From positions 512,238 through 576,237 of the forward strand of contig JAHBUK010000001.1 of assembly GCA_019638115.1 (NCBI GenBank): a DNA stretch of 64,000 bases. Direction: 5' to 3'. The DNA is from Flavobacteriales bacterium (GTDB taxonomy: Bacteria; Bacteroidota; Bacteroidia; Flavobacteriales_F; PHOS-HE28). Position 1 is the stretch's first letter. Each line of letters starts with the position of its first letter. Both the position numbers and the translations under genes were made by a program. A model generated the notes under the pieces. That model was not told the origin of the DNA. It was given only the letters and a program-made list of their open reading frames with translations, and searched no databases. Shown here in pieces: positions 1 through 7,444 of the stretch.

Positions 1-129
1 GCGCAGCCGAGGAGGTTCAAGGTGTACGAGAAGGCGGGGACGCTACGGATCAGTGTGCAGGATGTGAAGAACGTTCAGGGGGCGAAGGCGGCGATGGAGA
101 GTGTGGTTGGGGTGAAGGAAAGCGTGTAG
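1..129 (+). CDS. 3' end of a CDS running off the window edge (…KVYEKAGTLRISVQDVKNVQGAKAAMESVVGVKESV*); function unknown
   Basis: Open frame from position 1 to TAG at 127-129, found by hand translation; not in the ORF track because it is partial. Confidence 0.3.
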   Translation, partial: AQPRRFKVYEKAGTLRISVQDVKNVQGAKAAMESVVGVKESV

Positions 130-258
130 GAGATTTGGGCGTTCCGGCGCTCAAATGCAGCGCCGTCGGGCCATTCGCTGCAAGTCCTCGCCTAAGAAGG
201 CTCCGGGCTTTCCGCTGCTGTCCCTAACGCGAAATGCCGTTCCGCACCAAGAATTGAA

Positions 259-2598
259 TTACACGACCCAACGAAGATTTCCGCATTGGCATTGTCTGCT
301 CGACCCAACTTGCGCATGCCAGATCTTCTTGCCGCAATCAACACACGCGAAAACCTTAAGCGCCGCCTCACAACTATCAAGGAGCTTTTCTGCCTCAGCA
401 TTGGTGACGTTGGTTGTGTGTGAACCACGATTGCCCCAAGTAACAAGAAGGCCGTCAGCAGTATGTAGGGTCGCCAAGCCGGCATCATCACGTATAAGCC
501 CGCTAGCAGCTTGTCGTTTCAGGGATTTCCTACCATCCGCGATTACGCGTTCAATGAACTGGTGAGCTTCGCGCATGTCATTCCTTTCCCCTCTCCGATA
601 TGGCAGTCTGAGTTCCAGCCTCTCCGCGATCATCGCGCACTCCGAGTCCATAATCTTCCGTGCATCATTCGCTGCAGAATCCGGGCGGTGAGGCAAATGG
701 TTCCTGGCGTCGGCAAATCGTGATGTTGTGTGCGACCAACGTATGCCGACAGAAGGGTTGTCGAAAGGAAGTAACATTTTGAATTGCCATTGGCTCGCGT
801 CGAGCTGGTGCTTCAGTTCAGCATACCAATCACGATCATGTGTGAAGATGATGACCTGCCGATCCTTGAACTTGGTGTTCAGTACGTCGGCTATCATTCC
901 GCGATGCTCTCGATCGAAACTCACTACCACATCGTCGAGGAAGAGCGGTTCATCCTTTCCATTGTCCGCCATGGCCATTGCGAGGAAAATACATAGCCCT
1001 AACCCATTACGATAACCCTCTGACAATGTAAGACGAGGAGACGCCTGACCAACACCATGGAACTTTAGGGCAATGTCAATTGCCTTATCGGATTCTTCCG
1101 GCATGTACAGATGAACATCCTCAATTGCCAAGCTCGGATGAATTTGCTTCCACAGGTCCTTTAGATCATTGGTAATCTGTTCAATCACCGCTACCGTTCT
1201 ATTGCGGATTTCAACACGGACTTCCTGTTCCACCCTTAAGACCATAGCCTCAAGATCATTTGCAGCCTTGAGAGTGCGTCGCCAAGTGCGCGATATCAGA
1301 AGTTCGGATATCAACTCAGCTTCTGCTTTGGCGTCGACAAGTTTCTTCACACTTGCAGGCGCAGACTCCGACGATTTCTTTGCTGCCGAGATGATAGGGG
1401 GCAAGAATTCCTCGATGCTCTTTAGGTCATCTTCGGCAATGGTTTCCCTCAGCGTTTGTATCATCAGGTCATCCACGTAGGACAAGCTGTCGCTGAGCCC
1501 GGCTTGGGTTTGTTCACCACGCCACGGTTGAAGCTCCTTCAACGCAGTAATACGTTTCACCAATGACAACGCATCGCAGAGCAACGCTCGTCCAGTTTTC
1601 AGAGCTTCATAGTCCTTTTTGACCCCTTCAAGTCGCGATTGCTCATTAGCGATGTGATTCTTGAAGGCCTCGGCGCTGACTTCTTTACCGCAAGCAGGGC
1701 AGTCCATGACCTCGATCTCGGTAGCCTCCTTTACGATGCGACTAGTAGCTGCGAGCACTTCAAGCTTCTCCACAATGAAAAACTCTCCAGAATCCACCAA
1801 CTTGTTGGCTGCTGACCGCAAGGTCAGAATCAGAGAATCGAGGTCCACACTCGCTATCTCCAACAGTCGAGCGTGGATGGTCTGCTCGAGTGTAAGGGCC
1901 TCCATCCTCTTGTCAATGGCCCGTAAAACTGCCGCACTCCGTTCCTCATCGGTTTGAACCTGGTCCTGTGCGCAGTACTCTGCAAACAGGCTCTGTAATA
2001 CGCCAAGTATCTCTGCGGCAGTTGCTGTACCAAACACCTTAGCGTTCTTGGCCTTTAGCTCATCAAGCTTCGCCTTCAATTCCGGAGTTCCAGCTTCGGT
2101 GCTGACCGCTTTGGCAAGGTGCTTAAGGTTTGTGGCTGTTGTCTCAAAATCACCGAGCCCAATGAGCGGCAATAGCGCGGAATACTTCGCTCCTTTGGTA
2201 CCATGGATGAACTGCGATACCTCGTCCTGCCGGAGAACAGTGCGTTGATAATCCCACGCTTGAATATGGGCGGTTCCATTCCCCCTGACTGACCAAGACC
2301 CATCTGGTCTAATATCGACTGTGTGAGTGGTTCCGTCTCCAAAAGCGAAGTGAAGCTGGGAGAATGTGCCAGTGGGGGCATGTGTGTTCCGTATTGAAAG
2401 AACCGACCTCGTTCCACTGTACTCGTGAGAAAGGTGCGCAATCTTGCCCGCTCTCGTAGCATGTTCGACTGCATCAATAAAGGATGACTTGCCAGCACCA
2501 TTTTGCCCATAAACGACCAATGACTTGCCGCCAGCCTCCAGCTCTACCATTTCGGCCGCCCCCCGAAACCATTCGAGGCCCAGTGTGCTCAACCTCAT
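259..2598 (-). CDS. SMC/RecN/Rad50-like ABC ATPase with a long central coiled coil, a ~190-aa C-terminal extension and a terminal CxxC…CxC zinc ribbon; putative defence-associated ATPase
   Basis: 779-aa ORF. N-terminal Walker A is GQNGAGKSS. A ~300-residue Glu/Leu/Lys-rich helical region follows. The ABC signature LSEGYRNGLGL, Walker B DEPLFLDDVVVSFD and H-loop IIFTHD come next. The C-terminus is CVDCGKK…CQCGN. The ATG overlaps the stop of the upstream small ORF (ATGA). Confidence 0.8.
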   Translation of the reverse strand: MRLSTLGLEWFRGAAEMVELEAGGKSLVVYGQNGAGKSSFIDAVEHATRAGKIAHLSHEYSGTRSVLSIRNTHAPTGTFSQLHFAFGDGTTHTVDIRPDGSWSVRGNGTAHIQAWDYQRTVLRQDEVSQFIHGTKGAKYSALLPLIGLGDFETTATNLKHLAKAVSTEAGTPELKAKLDELKAKNAKVFGTATAAEILGVLQSLFAEYCAQDQVQTDEERSAAVLRAIDKRMEALTLEQTIHARLLEIASVDLDSLILTLRSAANKLVDSGEFFIVEKLEVLAATSRIVKEATEIEVMDCPACGKEVSAEAFKNHIANEQSRLEGVKKDYEALKTGRALLCDALSLVKRITALKELQPWRGEQTQAGLSDSLSYVDDLMIQTLRETIAEDDLKSIEEFLPPIISAAKKSSESAPASVKKLVDAKAEAELISELLISRTWRRTLKAANDLEAMVLRVEQEVRVEIRNRTVAVIEQITNDLKDLWKQIHPSLAIEDVHLYMPEESDKAIDIALKFHGVGQASPRLTLSEGYRNGLGLCIFLAMAMADNGKDEPLFLDDVVVSFDREHRGMIADVLNTKFKDRQVIIFTHDRDWYAELKHQLDASQWQFKMLLPFDNPSVGIRWSHTTSRFADARNHLPHRPDSAANDARKIMDSECAMIAERLELRLPYRRGERNDMREAHQFIERVIADGRKSLKRQAASGLIRDDAGLATLHTADGLLVTWGNRGSHTTNVTNAEAEKLLDSCEAALKVFACVDCGKKIWHAQVGSSRQCQCGNLRWVV

Positions 2599-2813
2599 TG
2601 ATGGTCCGTGTTTGGCTTGTCTTTAGGTAGCATCGCGGCAAGAAGGCTCTTGGCCAGATGTGCTTGTTCTCTGGGAGTTGCTGCCCTTTTAGAGAGTATG
2701 CTCTTCACTTCCTCTACCAACAGTTCGACCACCCGGTCTGGGAGGTCGGGATTTGACTCCTTCGCTTTGGAAACAGAGCTTGATATCCAGTCCATGTTTA
2801 CGGGCTTGTACAT
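2595..2813 (-). CDS. Small hypothetical protein (72 aa, or 66 aa from the internal Met) translationally coupled to the downstream ABC ATPase
   Basis: Its TGA stop overlaps the ATG of the 779-aa gene (ATGA at 2595-2598). It has a charged helical composition. A competing plus-strand ORF at 2608-2832 has no such coupling. Confidence 0.45.
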   Translation of the reverse strand: MYKPVNMDWISSSVSKAKESNPDLPDRVVELLVEEVKSILSKRAATPREQAHLAKSLLAAMLPKDKPNTDHQ

Positions 2814-2907
2814 TATGCGAAACTACCTATGAAGCGCCACTTCTGAATGAGATCCACCGAGGCTTACTTTGCATTCCCCCGATAACTCCCATCTGAAGGA
2901 ACACCCC

Positions 2908-4320
2908 ATGAACGAGATCATCTGCCCGCACTGCGGCAAAGCCTTCAAGATCGATGAGGCCGGTTATGCGGACATCCTGAAGCAGGTGCGCGACCACGAA
3001 TTCGAGAAGACGATCCGCGAGCGACTGCAGATCGCCGAAAAGGAGAAGCGCACGGCCATCGAGCTTGCTGAAGCCAAGATCGCCGGACAGCTGCAGCAAG
3101 AAGCGGCGAAGAAGGACACGGAGATCGAGCGTTTGAAGTCCAGCTTGCACGCTGCCGAAGCGGCCAAGCAGTTGGCTCTGAAAGAGGCGCTGGGGGCGGT
3201 GGAGAAGGAGCGCGATGGCCTTGCGAACGAGTTGCAACAGATGCGACAAGCCAACAAGGCCGAAGCACAACTGGCCGAGCAGAAGCTGCTGAACGAACTG
3301 CAGAAAGCGGCAGCGACGAAGGAGGCGCAGATCCAGGAACTGAAGGCGAAGCTCGACGCGATCGAGGTGGAGAAGAAACTCGCGATCACCCAGGCGGTGA
3401 ATGCGGTGGAGAAGGAGCGCGATGAGCTGAAGAACGGACTGAAGCAAGTGGAACTAGAGAAGAAGCTGGCGGAGACGGCGCTGAAGGACAAGTACGAAAC
3501 GCAGCTCAAGGACCGGGACGATGCGATCGAACGCCTGAAGGACATGAAGGCGAAGCTGTCCACGAAGATGGTGGGCGAAACGCTGGAGCAGCACTGCGAG
3601 ATCGAGTTCGAGAAAATGCGTGCCACAGCGTTCCCGAAGGCCTTCTTCGAGAAGGACAACGATGCCAAGTCCGGCAGCAAGGGCGATTTCATCTTCCGCG
3701 ATACGGACGAGAGCGGGATCGAGGTGGTGTCGATCATGTTCGAGATGAAGAACGAGAACGATGGGACTGCCACCAAGAAGAAGAACGAGGACTTCCTGAA
3801 GGAACTGGACAAGGACCGGAATGAGAAGGGCTGCGAATACGCGGTGCTGGTATCGCTGCTGGAGCCCGAGAACGAGCTGTACAACGGGGGCATTGTGGAT
3901 GTGTCGCACCGCTTCCCGAAGATGTACGTGGTGCGCCCACAGTTCTTCATCCCGATCATCACCCTGCTGCGCAACGCCGCACAGAACTCACTGAAGTTCA
4001 AGACAGAGCTGGCACTGGTGAAGGCGCAGAACGTGGACATCACGAGCTTCGAGAGCGAATTGGAGGCCTTCAAGACCGCCTTTGGGCGGAACTATGACCT
4101 GGCCTCGCGCCACTTCCAAAAAGCCGTTGATGAGATCGACAAGTCGATCGATCATTTGCAGAAGACCAAGGACGCACTGTTGGGCACCGACCGCAACCTC
4201 CGGCTCGCGAACGACAAGGCGCAGGACGTGACGATCAAGAAGCTGACGCGCAAGAACCCGACGATGGCGGCGAAATTCGCGGAGCTGAAAAGGACCGAGA
4301 ACGAAGGTGAGGTGGGATAA
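2908..4320 (+). CDS. DUF2130 family protein: N-terminal zinc ribbon, long coiled coil, C-terminal PD-(D/E)xK nuclease-like domain
   Basis: The [13 protein letters not shown] start is typical of DUF2130. Residues ~25-230 are E/K/A/L-rich heptad-like. The C-terminus carries GDFIFRD…FEMKNE (a D…E-x-K motif). The upstream Met at 2869 is a possible alternative start. Confidence 0.8.
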   Translation: MNEIICPHCGKAFKIDEAGYADILKQVRDHEFEKTIRERLQIAEKEKRTAIELAEAKIAGQLQQEAAKKDTEIERLKSSLHAAEAAKQLALKEALGAVEKERDGLANELQQMRQANKAEAQLAEQKLLNELQKAAATKEAQIQELKAKLDAIEVEKKLAITQAVNAVEKERDELKNGLKQVELEKKLAETALKDKYETQLKDRDDAIERLKDMKAKLSTKMVGETLEQHCEIEFEKMRATAFPKAFFEKDNDAKSGSKGDFIFRDTDESGIEVVSIMFEMKNENDGTATKKKNEDFLKELDKDRNEKGCEYAVLVSLLEPENELYNGGIVDVSHRFPKMYVVRPQFFIPIITLLRNAAQNSLKFKTELALVKAQNVDITSFESELEAFKTAFGRNYDLASRHFQKAVDEIDKSIDHLQKTKDALLGTDRNLRLANDKAQDVTIKKLTRKNPTMAAKFAELKRTENEGEVG

Positions 4321-4404
4321 CTTTTCCTGGGCTATACAACCCTCCGATGGCTTGGCAGTATTAAGTTGCTACCTGCACCTTGCCAGAAAGCCCGTCAACC
4401 ACCG

Positions 4405-5448
4405 ATGAACGCGTCCGACATCATCTTCTACACCACACCGCAGGGCGAGGTCCGCATCGAGGTCTACTTCGAGGAGGAGACCTTCTGGCTGAGCCAGAAG
4501 AAGATGGCCGAGCTCTTCGATGTGGAGGTGAACACGATCAATTACCACCTGAAGGAGATCTATAAAACCGCTGAGCTTCAGGAGGTGGCAACTATTCGAA
4601 AAATTCGAATAGTTCAACTGGAGGGAGGTCGCGAAGTAGCTCGGGACGTTGAGCACTACAATCTGGACGCGATCATAGCGGTGGGCTACCGGGTGAACAG
4701 CGCCCGCTCCACCAAGTTCCGGATCTGGGCCACGAACACGCTGAAGGAGTTCATCATCAAAGGTTTTGTGATGGACGATGCTCGCCTGAAGCAAGGCAAG
4801 CAATTCGGGCAGGACTACTTCGAGGAACTGCTGGAGCGCATCCGCGAGATCCGTGCGAGCGAACGGCGCTTCTATGAGAAGATCACGGACATTTACAAGG
4901 AGTGCAGTCGCGACTACGATGCCAACGATGAGGTAACGCGGCTGTTCTACAAGACGGTGCAGAACAAGTTGCATTGGGCCATTCACCACCATACCGCCGC
5001 TGAGCTGATCGCTGAACGCGCCAAGGCCGAGCTACCGCATATGGGGTTGACGACCTGGAAACATGCACCTGGAGGTAAAGTGCTGAAGAGCGATGTGACG
5101 GTGGCAAAAAACTACCTGAACGCCGAGGAGGTGACCGAGCTGGACCGCATCGTGAGCATGTATCTGGACTACGCCGAGAACCAAGCCAAACGCGGCATTA
5201 CGATGTACATGAAGGATTGGGCAGGTAAGCTGGATGCCTTCCTGCAATTCAACGATTACAATGTGCTGAAGGACGCCGGAAAGGTGAGCCATGATGTGGC
5301 TGTGAAACTGGCCGAGGGCGAGTACGAAAAGTTCCGCGTGCGTCAGGACCGAGATTACATCAGCGATTTCAACAAGGAGGTGAAGCGGCTGGAAGGTGGA
5401 AAAGCCCATCCGGACAAGAACAAGCGGGCTTCGGGTACGAAGAAGTAG
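4405..5448 (+). CDS. RhuM-family (virulence-protein RhuM-like) protein
   Basis: The block YNLDAIIAVGYRVNSARSTKFRIWATNTLKEFIIKGFVMDDARLKQG is diagnostic of the RhuM family. I placed the start at MNASDIIFY rather than the upstream Met at 4366. Confidence 0.85.
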   Translation: MNASDIIFYTTPQGEVRIEVYFEEETFWLSQKKMAELFDVEVNTINYHLKEIYKTAELQEVATIRKIRIVQLEGGREVARDVEHYNLDAIIAVGYRVNSARSTKFRIWATNTLKEFIIKGFVMDDARLKQGKQFGQDYFEELLERIREIRASERRFYEKITDIYKECSRDYDANDEVTRLFYKTVQNKLHWAIHHHTAAELIAERAKAELPHMGLTTWKHAPGGKVLKSDVTVAKNYLNAEEVTELDRIVSMYLDYAENQAKRGITMYMKDWAGKLDAFLQFNDYNVLKDAGKVSHDVAVKLAEGEYEKFRVRQDRDYISDFNKEVKRLEGGKAHPDKNKRASGTKK

Positions 5449-5548
5449 GCACCGGCATCCCAGAGCCTGGATCACTATATGGTGAGAATGGTCATTGGAC
5501 CTGACCTACGGCGCAGGGGGTGTAGTGGAGCACCCGGAACTTTACCGC

Positions 5549-6532
5549 ATGTCCACCCTCCCTTCCCACATGCGCGCCTGGACCCACCGCCGCTACGGAC
5601 CACCGGACGTGCTGCGGCTGGAGGAACTGCCCGTGCCCACGCCTGGCCCCACCGACATCTTGGTGCGCGTGCATGCCACCACGGTGAACCGCACCGACTG
5701 CGGCTTCCGCTCGGCGGAGTACGTGGTGAGCCGCTTGTTCAGCGGGCTGCTGAAGCCGAAGCGGCCGGTGCTGGGCTGCGAGTTCGCGGGCGAGGTGGTG
5801 GCCGTGGGTACGCAGGTGAAGCGCTTCAAGGTGGGCGACAAGGTTTTCGGCTACGACGACCAGCGCTTCGGTGCGTATGCGGAGTACATGGTGACCGCGG
5901 CCGATGGTGGCGTGGCGCTGCTGCCCAAGGGCTGGAGCTACACCGATGCCGCAGCACTCACCGAAGGCATCCACTACGCGTGGTGCGACCTGAAGGCTGC
6001 GCGCATCGGCACTGGGAGCCGGGTGCTGGTTTACGGTGCCACCGGAGCGATCGGATCGGGTGCGGTGCAACTGGCCGTGTCGCTGGGTGCGGAGGTGACC
6101 GCCGTTTGTACCACTCCGCATGTGGATCGCATCAAGGCACTCGGCGCACACAAGGTGATCGACCGCAACAACACCGACTTCCGCAAGGAGCCAGGGCCCT
6201 TCGAGCTGGTGTTCGATGCGGTGGGCAAGAGCCGCTTCAAGCACTGCAAGCACCTGCTCACACGCGATGGCTGCTACATCAGCACCGAACTGGGGCCGCG
6301 CGGAGAGAACGTGTTCCTCGGACTGATCGGTGGTTGGCGCAAAGGACCGCGTGTGCGCTTCCCGCTGCCCACCATCAGCCAGGCGGATGTGGAACAATTC
6401 CGAAGCATGGCCGAGGCTGGCACCCTGCGACCATTGATCGACCGCGTGGTAGGTTTCGATGAGTTGGTGGAGGCGACACGCTACGTGGAGACCGGACAGA
6501 AGATCGGGAACGTGGTGGTGCAGGTGTGCTGA
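5549..6532 (+). CDS. Medium-chain dehydrogenase/reductase family NAD(P)-dependent oxidoreductase (zinc-type alcohol dehydrogenase / quinone oxidoreductase-like)
   Basis: Has a GroES-like N-terminus and a Rossmann motif VLVYGATGAIGSGAVQLAVSLGAEV. The family is assigned from the overall pattern. The start at MSTLPSHMRAW is chosen over the upstream in-frame Met. Confidence 0.75.
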   Translation: MSTLPSHMRAWTHRRYGPPDVLRLEELPVPTPGPTDILVRVHATTVNRTDCGFRSAEYVVSRLFSGLLKPKRPVLGCEFAGEVVAVGTQVKRFKVGDKVFGYDDQRFGAYAEYMVTAADGGVALLPKGWSYTDAAALTEGIHYAWCDLKAARIGTGSRVLVYGATGAIGSGAVQLAVSLGAEVTAVCTTPHVDRIKALGAHKVIDRNNTDFRKEPGPFELVFDAVGKSRFKHCKHLLTRDGCYISTELGPRGENVFLGLIGGWRKGPRVRFPLPTISQADVEQFRSMAEAGTLRPLIDRVVGFDELVEATRYVETGQKIGNVVVQVC

Positions 6533-6583
6533 ACGCTGGAGGCATTCTGCGCGTTCCTTGACCACGGTCCTACCTTAGCCACC

Positions 6584-7348
6584 ATGCCCCAACCCGTCCG
6601 CAGTACACAACCCATCGACCTCCGCTTCCTCGCTGGCCCCCGTTCCCGTTGGAAGGAATTCCTGAGCGTGGTACACATCGCTCGTGAGTTCATCTACGGC
6701 TTCCGCAAGCTGCACTTCGTGGGGCCTTGTGTCACCTTCTTCGGCAGTGCGCGCTTTACGGAAGACCACCCCTACTACAAGGCGGCGCAGGAATTGGCCG
6801 GGCGTGTTGGTCGCGTGGGCTTCACCATCATGACCGGCGGTGGGCCGGGCATCATGGAAGCTGCCAACCGTGGAGCGCGTGATGTTGGCGCACGTAGCGT
6901 GGGCTGCAACATCGTGCTGCCCATGGAGCAGTATGCCAATCCGTACCTGGACGTGAGCCTCACCTTCGACCGCTTCTACGTGCGCAAGGTGCTGCTGCTG
7001 AAGTACAGCGTGGCCTTCGTTGTGATGCCCGGCGGCGCTGGCACGGTGGATGAGCTCTTCGAGACCGTGACGCTGATACAGACCGGCAAGGTGAAGAACT
7101 TCCCCATCCTGCTCTATGGCAAGGACTACTGGGCACCGATGCTGCAACAGATAGACCGCATGGTGGCCGAAGGGACCATAGGCCGCAAGGAGTTGGAGTT
7201 CGTCTTTGTGGCGGACAGCGTGGAAGAGGCCACCACCCTGTTGCAGGATCGTTTGGTGGCCATGTGGCAGGAAGCACACAAGCGGTCCGATGCTCCACGC
7301 TGGTGGTTCCTGGAGGATCGCGTTAACGGAACGATAAGATCCCGTTAA
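6584..7348 (+). CDS. LOG family protein (TIGR00730 Rossmann-fold; cytokinin riboside 5'-monophosphate phosphoribohydrolase-like)
   Basis: Carries the motifs GGGPGIMEAANRGA and PGGAGTVDELFE. Confidence 0.8.
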   Translation: MPQPVRSTQPIDLRFLAGPRSRWKEFLSVVHIAREFIYGFRKLHFVGPCVTFFGSARFTEDHPYYKAAQELAGRVGRVGFTIMTGGGPGIMEAANRGARDVGARSVGCNIVLPMEQYANPYLDVSLTFDRFYVRKVLLLKYSVAFVVMPGGAGTVDELFETVTLIQTGKVKNFPILLYGKDYWAPMLQQIDRMVAEGTIGRKELEFVFVADSVEEATTLLQDRLVAMWQEAHKRSDAPRWWFLEDRVNGTIRSR

Positions 7349-7444
7349 CCTGGGCAACCTTGGGTTAACGTGGGATCAAAGCCACCGTAACTCTGCCAAG
7401 GGACCTTTGCGGCGCGAAAGACCACCCAGGTCGTCGCGCACACA

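Noticed and set aside
155-565. Plus-strand ORFs 155-565 and 192-491(-) near the window start
   Set aside because: They are fully overlapped by the well-supported 779-aa ATPase gene on the minus strand.
2964-4073. 369-aa Ser-rich ORF antisense to the DUF2130 gene
   Set aside because: It is a low-complexity composition artefact of reading the Glu/Lys/Ala-rich coiled-coil codons in reverse; the sense gene has a clear family signature.
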